Assembly (NCBI RefSeq): GCF_026210795.1
Contig: NC_089434.1
Span: 5,456,001 to 5,520,000, forward strand
Direction of reading: 5' to 3'
From: Rhizophagus irregularis
Lineage: Eukaryota
Length of the DNA: 64,000 nt
Shown here piece after piece: positions 41,424-55,955 of this stretch (positions are counted from its first letter, which is position 1; every line of letters starts with the position of its first letter). Both the position numbers and the translations under genes were made by a program. The notes beneath the pieces were generated by a model. That model was not told the origin of the DNA. It saw nothing but the letters and a program-made list of their open reading frames with translations, and ran no database searches.

Positions 41424-43081
41424 TATTATTGAGATAAATTTTTTATAAGTTTTTAACTTTTTATAAGTTTTTGTAAGGAATTCAAGGTTAAAAGAAATAT
41501 TAGTGAATTTTTTTTTTTTTACCTGAAAAATTACTCAAAAAATGTAAGTTTAAATATTATATCATAACGGTTTTTCAATCCAAAAGTATTTTTTTTATTT
41601 TTAATATCCATCTTTAAGAACAAAAACTCAAAAAATTAAAGAACAGATCATTTGATCATTCTGATACATTTTGTGCGAATGTTTGTTCTTTGTACCAGCT
41701 GCACCATTTTTTTGTACCATTTGTACCATCTGCACCATTTGATTGTACCATCTGTATCGTTTTTGTATTGGTTATCACTTATATCGAAAAAACGAATTCA
41801 GAAACAATGGAAACCGACAGATAAAAAAGATAAAATAATTATATGGCTTACTTTATTGCAAGTAGTTGACAATCAATCAATCATCTACCATCGTTTATCA
41901 TCATCTATTAATTTCTCATCTGGTTCGGGTTATACGCGCCCGTTTATAAGATTAAGGTTTAAAATTCATTAAATAATACTTGTTTATTTCTTGTTCTTGA
42001 CTATAATTAATTTCCCGCCAAGTATAAAAATATATTTTTCATCAGTTCTATTAATAAATCAAAAAAAAAAAAAAAAATCACTGTCCCTAAAAATCGCTGT
42101 TCCTTTTTTCAAAAGCATGTGCCCTCAATATTGAATTTGGCCATAAATCTGTGAATCTCCATTTTGAATAATTCTCAATGAAATAATTGCGCGGAACAAT
42201 AAATATGTCACGTTGTTACATCTGGAATCACGTGATAATGCGAGAACGTTGCGCCACTTGTTTTAAGTTGTAGAAGTATTCTTGAATTTGCCTTTCATCT
42301 ATTATTCAAGAGCAACTTATTGAGTATGTTGTGAGAAAATGTTTCAAATTATTCAATTTGTTTCTTGCATTTAATTATGTACTCTTGATATTTGTGGTTT
42401 CTTACATAAGTGGTTATGCAGCACAAATTACACATTTTAGATTTAAAGGCAGCCGACGACACTTTTGCGAACACATATTCTGCTAAATCATGTTGTTAAC
42501 ACAACTTCTGCCATCAAGAATTCTGTTAAGTCTTTTCTTTGATGTTATTGATTGGTACAAAATCAAAAATCCCAAGAACACAAATTGAATAAGTTCAATA
42601 GCTTCGTTGACTTTATCTTCCTTAGTAACATGACCATTTTTCAAAGGTGGAATAGAATCCCGGAAAATAATTATATAGGTAAGGTCCCAAAAATATTTTT
42701 TATTAATAGTTCTAGTTCTAAGCAAAGGTTTTTATTATGATCGCTAATATCTAAACTTAAAAATTATAAAAAAATAAGTAAATCAATCTTCTAACCTAAG
42801 TTAAATTTTTATTAATTAATTTAGCTTTATCTTTAAAAATCAATAATTATATTAAAAAAAAAATAAAAGTAATAACACATATAATTTATAAAATATATTA
42901 ATTAACTAAATAATTTATCATTAAAAAAAAATATTTTATTAAATACAATTTTTAAATATGATCAATAAAGTTAGTAAACAGTAAAACAAAAGTTCGAAAT
43001 TAATACTATTATAAAAAACGTAAATTTCTCCACAAGTATTATACTTATACTCATAAAAATTAATATGTAGGTAGTTTCGAC

Positions 43082-44723
43082 TAGTGCTTCGACCCGGATG
43101 AAAACCGTCATCCGGATTACACAAAAAAAAAATCCGGATTATATCCGGATTGACCCGGATTTTGAATCCGGATCAGATAATCCGGATAGAAACCGGAAAC
43201 CGGATTGGATTTACAAATGATCGGCAATAATTCTGGCCAGAATTCATAACGCCGGCCAGAATTACAAATTGTGCAACATTAAATTTTCATGCCAGCCGAT
43301 AAAAAATTTTTTTGCCCGGTGGCTAAACTATTTTTTCAGTGTCACGTGATGTTAATTTCGGCCAGAATTACAAATTTGGCCAAAATTATCCAAGACCACG
43401 ACAAGCAAAAAGAAGTCTCAATCAGTTCGCGCTAGAGTTGTTCCACTTACACCTTCCAGACCGCAGGACTCGTCCGCTTCAAGATCACGGATGACTAACC
43501 TTACCTTGGATGGTCGTACGCCTTGCACACCTCATCCATGGTCCCTTGCGCCGCCATCTCCTCATCCGACGATCTCTTCAGCTATACCGATGTGGCTGAT
43601 CGTTGTACTGTAATTTTCACATTCTGGTGGATGGATTTCACTTATCTTGGAGCAACGCCATATTTCGAATTAGATTTTATAATTTTTCTTCTTCATGTAA
43701 TTTTAATTTTAATTTTTTGGGGTTCCAAATTTTCTCTTCGTTCTCCTTTATGACTTAGGTTATGTCTAGGTTATTCTTGTAAATAATCAGGCAGGACGGC
43801 TTATTAGGTTTCCTCTAGAGGTTGGGTTTTATCATTAGCTTAGATTTTAGTAGACTATTAGTTTACAACTTTTCTTATGTAACATTATACTCCAGTCGTG
43901 TCTATATTTTAAAAATAAAAATAAAAATAAAATCCAAGACCACGAAATTTACATAATTCCAATTTCATTAAATACTTTTCTTTAAAACAATTTCATATTA
44001 TTTCAGCATTGTCTCAGACTATTGTTTAACATTTCTTTGTAAATTAACTAATTATGAAATTTTAAACAAGATATTTTTATATATAGCTAAAGATTACTAT
44101 AAATAGATGTGTTGGGTTAGTAAGGCAATTTTTTAAGGATTTGTTTCTTCTTTCAAAAATTAAAGAATCATTTGAATCAAATTATATAACACTAGTTTTA
44201 ATTTTTAAAAAAAGTTGTTATAATTATATAAATTTATAATATTGAACAATTTTTCATTTAAAACAATAATTATTATTTTGTTGTAACAAAAATAATATAA
44301 AGTTTTTTTTCTTTTGAACGTTTGAATGTGAAATCTAAAATTATTTGTTATTTGTTAATGTATAAATTTAAATAAACAAATCTGATACAAACTTCAATAA
44401 ATAAATTATAATTGAAAAATCTTCTTAAACTTACTGTATTAAAAAGTTTAATATAACAAATATAAATTTAATAAATTTTAATAAAAAAATTGGTATTAGG
44501 CGCAAAAATAATTAGCTAATATCATTTAGATATAGATCTTTATGGATCAGCAAAATTATTATTAATAAAAAAAAAAAATAATAATAATTTCATCCGGATT
44601 CCGGGTCAAACCGGATATTTTTCATCCGGTTTATAATCCGGATGAAAACCGTAAAAATCCGGATATCCGAAAAAAAAAAATCCGGATCAATCCGGATTGA
44701 TCCGGATACGGGTCGAGGCACTA
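43082..44723. mobile_element. hAT-type non-autonomous element
   Basis: TAGTGCTTCGACCCG / CGGGTCGAGGCACTA; 8-bp TSD GTTTCGAC; many ATCCGGAT subterminal repeats. Confidence 0.9.
43402..43931 (+). mobile_element. 5'-truncated non-LTR retrotransposon-like insertion
   Basis: 14-bp TSD ATCCAAGACCACGA (43388-43401, 43932-43945); (TAAAAA)n tail; GC-richer body. Confidence 0.8.
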
Positions 44724-45520
44724 GTTTCGACCTTGCTGAACAATTTTCAATTAATTTAGAAAGTCGATTTCATTTGACTAAAATGGTGTGATTACGCTCT
44801 GAAGTTGTAATCGGAGAAAAGAAAAATCTGAAAGTTAGTACCGTTATGAAAAATGCACTTTTCTCCATATATATTATACCTACACTCGTGAAAATTAATA
44901 TATAAGTAGTTTCGACCTTCCTGATCAACTTTCAATTAATTTAGAAAGTTGATTTCATTTGATTAAAGTGGTGTAATTACGCTCTGAAGTTATAAACAGA
45001 GAAATAAAAAATTTAAAAGTTAATATCATTATGAAAAATGCATTTCTCTATAAGCATTATACCTACACTTGTGAAAATTAATATATAAGTAGTTTCGACC
45101 TTCCCGATCAACTTTCAATTAATTTAGAAATTCGATTTCATTTGACTAAAGTGGTGTAATTACGCTCTGAAGTTATAAACGGAGAAATGAAAAATTTGAA
45201 AGTTAATATCATTATGAAAAATGCACTTTTCTCCATAAGCATTATATCTACACTCATAAAAATTAATATATAAGTAGTTTCGACCTTGCTGAACAACTTT
45301 TAATTAATTTAGAAAGTCGATTTCATTTGACTAAAGTGGTGTGATTACGCTCTGAAGTTATAAACGAAAAAGTAAAAAATTTTAAAGTTATTACCATTAT
45401 AAAAAATATGCTTTTCTATATAAATATCATACTTAACCTCATAAAAATTAAAATACAAGTAGATTTAACTTGCTAAACAACCTTAATCAAGCATAGAAGG
45501 TAATTTCATATAACCAAAGT
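44724..45520 (+). repeat. ~181-bp tandem repeat array (4-5 units; first unit begins before 43082)
   Basis: Repeated AGTAGTTTCGACCTT..GAACAACTT and GATTTCATTTGACTAAAGTGGTGT.ATTACGCTCTGAAGTT. Confidence 0.92.
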
Positions 45521-47919
45521 AATGAATAGTAAAATTATATTTTAAAGTAAAACATATTTACAGTAATTTTATTTAATAAAATAAACATGTATAATATAGT
45601 AATTTTATATTAAAAATGATACACTGAGTTTAATAAAAATTAATAAAAGACACTATTAAAAGATAATTAATAAAACATTGAAAAAGAACTGAAATTTCGT
45701 TAAAAAAAAATATTTTGTTATAATAAAATTGTGAAATGTAGTAAATGTAGTACAAAGTAAAATCACCAGTAGTGAAAATAAAATTTTAAAGAGTTCTATA
45801 AATATGAAAATTAAGCAACTAAAAACTCCTAATATTTTAAAATAATACCAAAAATATGCAAATTAATTATCTTACATAGTATAAAATTTTCTCAAAATTA
45901 AGCATTATAAAATTCTTACATTATAAAATTTTTCTATGTTGGCTAAATACCTTGGTACCTTACATATATAAGCATTTTCTGGGGTCCTAATAGAATATTC
46001 AAGCATTCCACTTATAATAACCTAGTAACTCAACCAGTCCAATAAAAGAACCAAAACATATTTATTAACAATATATTTTATAAATTATTCATATAATATA
46101 AATTGCATAATAAATTTTATAATTAAAGTCTACATTATGATTCTTATAGTTAAAATATTTTATTAAGTAATATCTTTTTGCTTTCTTTTTATAGTATTGA
46201 ACAACTTAATTACATCATCTGGTTCATTTTTTACATTTTACCAATATCATGAAGTTTAACTAAATGAAATTTTGTATTTACTAAATAACAGTATTTAATA
46301 AGTATTAAAAATTTACATTCATTAATAAATACTCATCTATACTTATTACCCATATTAAATGGAATGGGTATACTTGCTGTTCAAATAAATAGAATAGAAT
46401 TCTATCCTATTCCATTTTATCCTAAATCCCAAATCTCAAATCCTATTTCTATTCCAATCCTAAATCCCATTTCCATTCCAATTCCAAATCCCATTCGGCC
46501 ATTCCCAATCCTATCCTAAATCCCAAATTCCATTTTAAATCCCATTTAATATATAAAAATTATTTATCCTATAATTTCAGCTAAATTTTATAATTCTGGC
46601 CTAAATTTTCTTTTTAGACATTTGATTCAATTACATAAGAATAAATTAATAACTGAAAAAATAAAATATGAATATGGTGTTATTACTGATGTCTGCCACT
46701 CGTCAATAAACAAGGTATCTAATTTATTATATTTGCTCTCAACGAAACATTAATATATTCTTGCTTGGTTTAGATTTTATATACTTAACTTTCAAATTGT
46801 GATAGCTTTTGCCACGAAAATTTACTCATGTTACCATCTTTAATTATGATAGTTTTCTTTATGAAAGTTTTTATTTATTTCAACTTAAAAAAAATTAAAT
46901 ATTAATTAAAACTTAGGCGAACTGTAAGTATATTTGAAATAACTTTTAATAATTAATATTTTATTGAGTTCAATTGAACTGAGTTAATCTTAACTACAGA
47001 ATTCCTCTTAAATCCCATTCATATTTGTATTTTTTTCTAAATTGAGTTATTCTGAACTAAATAGAACTAAGTCCAAAACTCAGCCTTTTTATAGTTATTT
47101 GTATCTACCAATTAAATTTAAGCTATTGTTCACTATCCTAAAATTACAAAAGTACCCTAAAAATCTAATATTCTATAAAGAAAATAATTTTTCAACTATT
47201 ACATTATAAAGAAATATTCTATCGTAAAGAAATAATCTTTTCTTATAAATATTATATCATAAAGAAATATTCTATTGTAAAAAAAATAAACTTTTCAAGA
47301 AATAATCTATAAAGAAATAATCTAATAATTATCAATTATTTTCAACTTATAATTTATCTTTTATAATTCATAATTACCTCTCTTATTAATAAACTTGATA
47401 AACTGGTTATTATATCAGAATTTATTCCTATTGATGAGCCCAATAAACTGGTTATCATGTCATAATTGATTGACTTCCTAATTAATCTATTTGATCTTCA
47501 TTAATCATTCAATAAATATTACATCATGTAAATCATTCTATTTTCTAAATGTTTATTTTTTTGATTAATTAAAGCTTTAAATTTTGTTCTTTTAATTTAC
47601 TATCTTTCTAATCTATTATTCTTTTAATTTGATATTTTTCTGATCTATTTCTTATTTCTCACTTCTTTAATTTATAAATAGATATTATATTATAGATATT
47701 ACATCATATCATGTAATCTATTATCATATTATGTGACTATATCATGTGACCATTTGGTATATTATTTATCCATATCACATGATTTATGTCATGTGATTTT
47801 TTAGTATTCTTGTTATGTAATTTCTTATCATGTAATTCTTCAGTTAATCATTCATCTGATATATTATTTATCCATATTTTTTTTTTGACATATTGTTTAT
47901 CACATAGTTAAGTATGATA

Positions 47920-48600
47920 TCTAGGGTTATAGTGTAAAAGCAACAATTATAGCATAATTAGTAGTATAATTAATTTTATTAATAGCAAACATTTAGAAAT
48001 AAAGCTAATAAAAATCAAAGGGCACTTAGGAATTAAAGGTAATGAAGAAGCAGATAGAATGACTAAGAATGATACAGAAAACTTAATCTGCATCATAATT
48101 AATAATTCACAACAAAAGAACTTAAAATATGATTTATATTAGAATGGTAAAAAGGTGGATAAACATATCAAAAAATTTATAAATAGTTTATGTAAATTTG
48201 CATTAAAGATATCATAGTCTTTTAATCGTACACATAAAACAATTTTTCAAGTTGTGACACACATATATAATAGAAAAGAAAGTTACTTAGGTATTATTTA
48301 AAAAGAATATAGAATTTAACTGTATAATAATATTAGTAAATAACAATTTCATTAAATACTTGAAATTTATAAACAATTTATTACCAGCTTTGAAAATTAT
48401 GAAAAAAAGAAAATATGATTTATATGAAAATGTAAAGTACAGATTATGATAATTATATAATTTATTGTCAGAAATTTAAAAATAAATGGTTAATAGTGAC
48501 CAATAATACTATATATAAATATAAATAAATACTTAAAGACTTTTCTTATCAAAAAAATATCTTCAACTAAACCAAAAGGATATACAACAATTATATTTAT
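47920..48600 (+). mobile_element. Heavily decayed RNase H-containing retroelement (LINE-like) remnant
   Basis: KIKGHLGIKGNEEADRM at ~48012-48060 matches the RNase H motif; many stop codons. Confidence 0.7.
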
Positions 48601-48804
48601 GAAATAGAAATTTCTTTATTTACATAACAGATTTTAATTTCACGCCATTTTTTTTGCTAATTTTTAGCATTTCGACCTGTGTAGGTCTATAAAAATAATT
48701 TAAAATAATATTACAATAATATTTTAATACTTTTATTATAGTTATTTTATTATTATAATATAATTAACTTTGATATTGTTTTAATTTTTAATTTCAAAAA
48801 TACC

Positions 48805-49276
48805 TTAATTCGTGATTCGCATAACAATCAAAGAAAATTTATGAAATTACTATTCAATTTAGGGGGAAAAAATAAAAAGTTATTTGCGATTATATCATTT
48901 TACAGTGATTCAATTTCGATGAACATTTTTTTGTCGTGTAGCTCTCTACGCCTTCTATAAAATAAAAAAAATCGTCGAAATTGGACCAATAGAATGTGAG
49001 ATAATCGCAAAATCAATTTTTTCTGGAGCATGTCGGATTCAAAATTTGGAATCCGATATACCCTGGGAAAAATTAATTTTGCAATTATCTCACATTCTAT
49101 TGGTCCAATTTTGACGATTTTTTTTATTTTATAGAAGGCGTAGAGAGCTACACGACATAAAACTTTTGTTGAGATTGAATCACTGAATCACAAGATAATC
49201 GCAAAAAACGTTTTTATTTTCTTTCCCCAAATTTGAATAGTAATTTTCTCTGATTGTTACACGAATCACGAATTAA
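48805..49276. repeat. ~470-bp palindromic foldback element
   Basis: Inverted arms containing GTCGTGTAGCTCTCTACGCCTTCTATAAAATAAAAAAA around central TCGGATTC..GAATCCGA. Confidence 0.88.
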
Positions 49277-49629
49277 ATATGTTTTGATATATTTTAAAAA
49301 TTTTACAAAATAATTGCACAATTGTTTTGAAAGCTATTGTATCTAGGTCTATAAAAATATTTCAAAAAATTGGCCATTTTTAGTAAAGTTGCATATGAAA
49401 GAATTCTAACCTAGCAAGTACATATGATCTGAAAAGAAGAAGAATTTTCAAGCATAATGAATAGTAGTCAGTTATTTTAGAAAAAATAAGACAATATATA
49501 AATCAATTTGTTAAAAAAGGAAATATGGTAATTTAAAAGGTATATAATAATATCAAATTATATAAATACAAATATAATACTTCCTTTTATTTGAAGGGTA
49601 GTGAAAGTATTTACTAAAACCATGTAATT

Positions 49630-50065
49630 ATGATAATCCTATATAATCCGATAGTTACTACTTACTATAGGAGGATATAGGTGAATTTCATAGGATGATG
49701 ATAGAATCCCAAAAACTATATATAAAGGTTGTTTTAAAAAACCAAAAATTTTATATGAACTTTACCCAGAATCCTATTGGCTAACTGATCAAAAAAGAAA
49801 AAAATTTATAATAAAATTGGTGTGACATTCATTTTATGTATTTAATTTAACTAAATATAGCAAGATCTTCAAAAAATTTTCCTTATAGCTTTACCCATTT
49901 TAACAGTAACCTGTCTATAGAGTTTTCAGGATCCTGTGATGGTAGGACATAAGAGCAATTTTATGGATAGAGGACCGGTTTGGAGTTTTAAACAAATTAA
50001 TTATACATGTAACAGAATTTTCTGTATTTTATATAATTAATAAACTCACAAATTGCATTACCTTG
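49630..50065. mobile_element. Dispersed repeat related to 7105-7287
   Basis: Shared blocks and the same ...TTGCA.TACCTTG end. Confidence 0.6.
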
Positions 50066-50521
50066 CAAAAAAAAAAAAGAAGAAATCACATGATAAAAAG
50101 TGGTGGCTTTAAACTGTTTGTGCCATACAAAAATGGCAAGATATTATTAAAAAATGGCCAGTAAAGATGATCCAAAAAAAACAGGAGTTCAATGGTTAGC
50201 CAATTGGAGTTTTCACCTTGAAATTTGTCTCAATAACTATCAATACTCAGGAAGTTAGTAGTATCAAGACTTTCTTGATGCAACCAACTTAAAGAGTAAT
50301 TAAAATAACATTTAGTAAAGCAACACTATTAAATGGTTCACAAAGTCATCTCTCAGCAAGTAATCATTTTATGCCTAAAGAAATTATTGTTCTAAAACCA
50401 GAAGAAACTTTGAAATTCTCTTACATTGTGGGATGGATCATTTATAAATTAACCAAAATGACAATACAACAAAATCACATTCTGAATTTGAAACCATTTG
50501 TACTCATCTTAAGACAGAACA

Positions 50522-50665
50522 ACAGAAACTTCAAGATCATAGCGATGGCTTAATGCACAGTAACTGCATATATGTAATTTCTTTACAATTACATAATGTG
50601 GTCACTATGTATTTATAATGCAGTTACTGTGCATTAAGCCATCGCTACGATCTTGAAGTTTCTGT
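50522..50665. mobile_element. Palindromic MITE inserted in a degraded coding sequence
   Basis: ~47-bp near-perfect arms ACAGAAACTTCAAGATC.TAGCGATGGCTTAATGCACAGTAACTGCAT. Confidence 0.8.
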
Positions 50666-52309
50666 AAAGAAGTTGTTTATGAGCGGGATCAAAAGCTACA
50701 GTGCCCCAATTTAAATAAAAACACTTCGCCTATATAGAGCTAGTATGAATAAACTAAACTTGTGGATCGGCTGCCTTTCTATGTACGCGCGTCAAAATAA
50801 TTAAAAAAAAGTGAAAATTTTGTGCATTTTAATATGCTTTTAGTTTGTGTAACAATTCTCTGAATCTTCGCACCCCGTTTATTTATCTAACCCCTAGATA
50901 AATACAAGGGGTGTTACTCGATCACTTTTCAGTTTACTATGATTTATTAATTTTTATCCAATCAATATGCGCAAAATATTTTTTTTCTCACTCTCCAAGT
51001 TCTAACTAACACGCTGATATAATTTTCCAAGGGTTGTTTATTAATAAGAATCTCCTTATAAAGTTGTGTTAAATTTGAACTTAATGGAGAACTATAAACA
51101 AACCTGACCTCATGATTATGACGACGTTAGTTTTATGGAAGAAGAATATGGGTTTGTCTTTAAAAGTACAGACAATGAACAGTATGTTATTTTAAATAAT
51201 ATTAATAAGTATTTGCGAAAAATATACAAATAATCCTAATTTTTAAATGCTTTTCAATCAGCCCATTATTTTTCAACTATTAGTGATAATATAGATGATT
51301 ATATATTAGAATTAGATAGCAATTACTAATGTAATACAATTAATTGAGCAAACAAAGTCAACTAAATTTACTACTAGTATTTTAATAGATAATTTTAATG
51401 GTGAAATTCGTTCTTGTGGAAGTTCACAGAATTTACGTTGTATAAAAAATATTTTTAGAACTTGGGAAATTGATAGTGAAATAGTTCGTAAGGTAAATGA
51501 TTTGGCTTTGCTATTCACATCAAATGTATGATCAAACTAAATTACATGTGAAAAATGCAAAAGGAACTAAGGATTCTTCTTTGGTTTTATTAGCAATAGG
51601 AAATGTCTTTTTTGTAATATCAATAAGACTTTTATACCCGTGATGAGCAATGTGATCAATATTAGTTGGTCGTGATTACAAGTCCGTTGGTGGTCTAGTG
51701 TTCTCTCGCAATCTAACCTAATGCAGAAATTCAGAATCTTCCTGCTATTCATTCTCCTCCAGACTCAATTCAAAATCCTATCAAAAGAACAACCAATAGC
51801 CTGGCAAACATCGGTCAAAGATGCCATACCCACTATTAAAAAAGAAATGCCAACGCGATATAAGCAGGTTTCTGACATTAAACTTTACGTGGATAACCCA
51901 AAAGGGCCGGCAAAAGCGTTGTAACAAGATGATATGATTTCTAAGCATTTTAATATCGATCACATTGAAGATGGTCTCATCCTCAAATACCCCCAGTAGT
52001 TAGAATTTTTCATTCGTAACATGTAATAGTGCATAGCGCCTTCGGCCAATTTTTGTGTATTGTAAGCCGGTTCCGGCAACGTTTTTTTATTTCTTAAATA
52101 AAGCATATATTACGCTCTTGTCGTAAAACTTGATAAATGTCACGTGTAATTTTGTCGCTGACAATTCTGTACTACATATGAATCGATACAAAAAAAATCT
52201 ATCATTTCTCTCCAAGCGCCGAAACCAAAATACTTTTTTATCCATAAACTGTAACTGCAGTCTAGTGCATATTTTTTTTCACAAGCACAAACACACACAT
52301 ATAAAAACC

Positions 52310-53456
52310 ATGTCTTCTTTACCCGCTTCACCTGCCTCAATAACGGAAGAAATTTCTTCTCGAACAATGTCAGACGTGGTTAAGGATTTTAATACAGAGG
52401 AGCTTATCGATTATTTGGAAAGGAAAGACTTGAAACTCGATGAAGATGATATTAAAATTCTTCGTAAAGAGAAAATTTCCGGTCGTTCCTTTCTTAATTA
52501 ACAAGAAGAAAAACTTGAGCGATATGGTATGAAAGGAGGGCCTTCAACTGTTCTTGTAGAATTTATCGAAAGCCTTAGCCAGAAATTACGAAACTATTCC
52601 TCACTTAAAACTCTTGACGACTTGAAGAAAATGTTACGTAGAAATAAGGTCAATGGGGAAGATATAACGAGTATCAAGCAATTTACTCCTGGTGGGTGAT
52701 TAATCAACTTTTCAGAACTGACTAGATAGCTATACTAACCTTATTTTTTTTTCTCCCGGAAATTAATGATGATGATAAGGCGCTCAATCACTGTATGGAG
52801 GATATTATCTTAAAACTTTCGTGTGGAAACCATGACCGACGCTAACGAAGCGACACGCTGTGAATTTATTTCATTGATTCTTCATACATCTATCGCTATA
52901 GCTAAAAAACTCACCTCTCAAGATATATTCATAGTTTTACAAAAAGATATATCTGGTGAAGATGCAACAGGCCGAGTAGACTACGCAATCAAAGTTTAGA
53001 AGACCTCCTATGTATCACTGAAGGAAAGCCTCGTAATATTAAGATTGGATATGCGCAGGTAAATTTACTGTCCGTTCGTGCTTTATAGAAGATTCAATAG
53101 TATTAATAGCATTTTATTTTTTCTTTAGAATCTGGCGCAACTTGAAAGTGCATTCTAAACAAATAAGAAAAAACGAACCGCGGATCAAGCGTTTGGGAAT
53201 GACTATTTCATGGTATTGTGACCACAGGTACGGAGTGGCATTTTATCATATATACTCCTGATGGTATATACTCTACGAGTGGAAGCGAATACAAATTAAT
53301 CTCACAAAATCCGCAGTTAAAGATAATCCCGAATTACTTCGAAGCAACGTGAAAAGGGTAATCGGCACAATTGTAGGGTTATTGAAGGATCGGGTTAGTG
53401 TAGATAGTTCCCCAGCTAGCAAGAGGGCTAGGATCAAAAAAATTATCAAAAAATAA
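52310..53456 (+). pseudogene. Crinkler-like SAM-domain + PD-(D/E)xK nuclease pseudogene
   Basis: SAM-like N-terminus (FNTEELIDYL..LRKEKISGRSFL); C-terminal GRVDYAIK..CITEGK..GYAQNLAQLESA and GIVTTGTEWHF; several frameshifts and a stop. Confidence 0.75.
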
Positions 53457-54022
53457 AAAATAATATGTATCGCGGGCTACGTCTCGAACTTTGTATTTAT
53501 GTTTGCATATATTAATAAAAAATTTTTCTTGACAAATAATAAAAAATAAAGTTTCGCAAATATAAAAAAAAAAAGCATTTTATTTGTATGAGCACTGTAC
53601 ATAAATCATAAATCTCTAATTCTTAATTTTATCTAGGGTTGTGAGAGTTACGTTACATAGGTTACGATACATGTAAATTACAATGTAAGTGCATCAACCC
53701 TTGTAACTTACAACTTATATTATAATATGGTCATATTATGTGATCAAACTTTCCCAATTAACGCATGAAATAAAACAATTTATCAACTTTATTTATTTTC
53801 TCAAGAAATTACATTTTTATAATCATATTTTTTAAAATTAATCATTAATTTTAGAAATTGGAATCACTATGTTATAATTTTACTTACTGAAAAATATTAT
53901 TTCCTAATTATTCTGATATTATTTCCGAAACCTCCCAATGTAATTTACATATAACTTACTGTACATAATTTTTTAAGATACTATAATTTTACAACCCTAA
54001 TTTTATCCTAAGCTATCTATTG

Positions 54023-55501
54023 TCAATGGTTGTTATAAATTTGTTGCAACTGGTTCATACCGTCATGTTGCGTTACAAAGATATACGGCCTCCCTGGAAT
54101 TTTAATTTGATATAAAGCATTTAATATATCGAATCCTACTAAACCACAATCAACGGCGTTGTTGGGAATTTTATATTGCCAGCAATATAATTCTCTAGTT
54201 TCTATCCATTCCGTCCAGTTACTCCCATCGCCTAATGAGATCTCCCAAGGAATAGAAACCTTAAAAATATCTAAATTCGAACCATAACCATTAAATCTGG
54301 TTGGGATTGTGTTCCAACCATAATCGTATGTCATCTTCGTTCTTATAAAAAATGGTATAACGGTTATTTCTGCCCCCGAATCCAATATGAGACGAAAATC
54401 TATATTGTTCATGTCGTCACGTTCAACATTCTTAATTATCGCAATGTCGTTACGGTCAACTTTTTTCCGAATTCGCATATTTACCTGATATGATGGCAAA
54501 AAAAGTTCCCAACAATCCCAATATAATATTCACATGTAAAAAGAAACACATACCTGCCATTCCTTTTTATTTGCAGTAGAGGAAAATCTTATTCTAACCG
54601 CTTCTTGCTCAATCAGAGAGTATACCATACCAGGATTTTTTTTTATTAACTCCATATATTCCTCTTCTGATAACTCGGACCCATAACCTACTAATTTTCC
54701 ATGTTCAATATGAACATATTTTCCTTTAGATGAATCCAAACTTCCAGTCTCAATAAGGCGACGGTATGCAAGCCTGTTAATTGCAATTTCTTCCCCTTGA
54801 CCTTCTTGAAAACGGGGATCAGGATCGGTGATATAGTCGTATATGGCACGGCGCTCATTGATATCACTTGTAGAAGGCCAAGTGAAATCGGGCCCAGCAA
54901 AATCTGTGAAGTGATAATAAAGATACATATAATTTATATATATAAATCAAACTGAAACAGATTTATTATGTACCATAGAATTTCTTTATATCTTTGTCTT
55001 TTAATGGCTCAAATTGCTCAAGTTGCTTGAGGTTCAGTTTCTGAACAAATTTTTTAAGAACTGCATCATTAAACTTCATCTCCTCAGCCTCAGTACTAGT
55101 ACTAGACATTTCATCACCTGTAAGAAGGTTAGTAATATCAGCATACTTGGTATTTCATTAAAAAAATATCAGTATATCACTAAAAATTACAAACCATTGA
55201 CTGTAGAGTGAACAGAACTCTCAATTACTACGTTGTTGAGTTAGCACGATAATACCGTTAGAATATATAAAAGAACAAAACCATGATTAGAAATGAGAAA
55301 CGTACAACTTAAGATGTTATTAAGGTATGCAAGTTTTTCTTCGTCATTTTCACAGAAGGAAAGAGCAGTCTCGGCGCTAGACTTAGATTTCTCATTTATA
55401 GTAAAATATGAAAATAGGTAGATTTTTGGTCTTTGGGCAAGGTTGAGACGAGCAATTTCGTTATAGATGTTCGCATCTTTAGTTCCAGATAAGTTAGTCA
55501 T
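54023..55501 (-). CDS. Retropepsin-like (clan AA) aspartic protease domain protein, 4 exons, ~383 aa
   Basis: Exons 55501-55306, 55117-54974, 54903-54554, 54484-54023 join in frame at GT-AG; motifs LILDSGAEITVIP and GLVGFDIL. Confidence 0.8.
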
Positions 55502-55644
55502 TTCTGATAGGTCAAGTTGATATGTTAAACATAATCAGGAAATTACAAACCAGTCTTTTTATCCTTTTTATGAATGATATTTTTCAACATATTTAGAAAT
55601 ACAAATTATGTGAATGTCAAAATGAGTAACTTTTGACGAATTCT

Positions 55645-55955
55645 ATAAAATGCTCCTTATAAACTCTTAATTGGTGACACAAAATATGAAATAATGATAT
55701 AACATAGTAAAAAAAAAAAGTTTATAAAATTAGTTTATCGGCAAGCGAAAAAGTGATTCATACGATTTTATCGTTACTCAGATTGCATTCACGGGATAAA
55801 ATACTCCTTATAAACTCTTAATTAGTGACACAAAATAAGATAATGATATAAACTACATAAACATAGTAAAAAAAAAAGTTTATAAAATTAGTTTATCGGC
55901 AAGCGAAAAAGTGATTCATACGATTTTATCGTTACTCCAGATTGCATTCACGAGG
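55645..55955 (+). repeat. Direct tandem duplication (~157 bp x2) upstream of the protease gene
   Basis: CTCCTTATAAACTCTTAATT...GATTGCATTCACG occurs twice. Confidence 0.85.

Larger units (their letters stand above)
42654..45988. mobile_element. Decayed TIR element of the same type as 722-2095, carrying the ~181-bp repeat array
   Basis: Left end AGAATCCCGGAAAATAATTATATAGGTAAGGTCCCAA vs reverse complement of right end AGGACCCCAGAAAATGCTTATATATGTAAGGTACCAA; flanks GGTGGAAT / AATAGAAT. Confidence 0.7.

Noticed and set aside
44724..45520. CRISPR-like array
   Set aside because: Whole 181-bp units are homologous, with no unique spacers or cas genes; eukaryotic context
50130..50700. Degraded coding fragment (FSYIVGWIIYKLTK), possibly TE-derived
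   Set aside because: Too broken to assign a family
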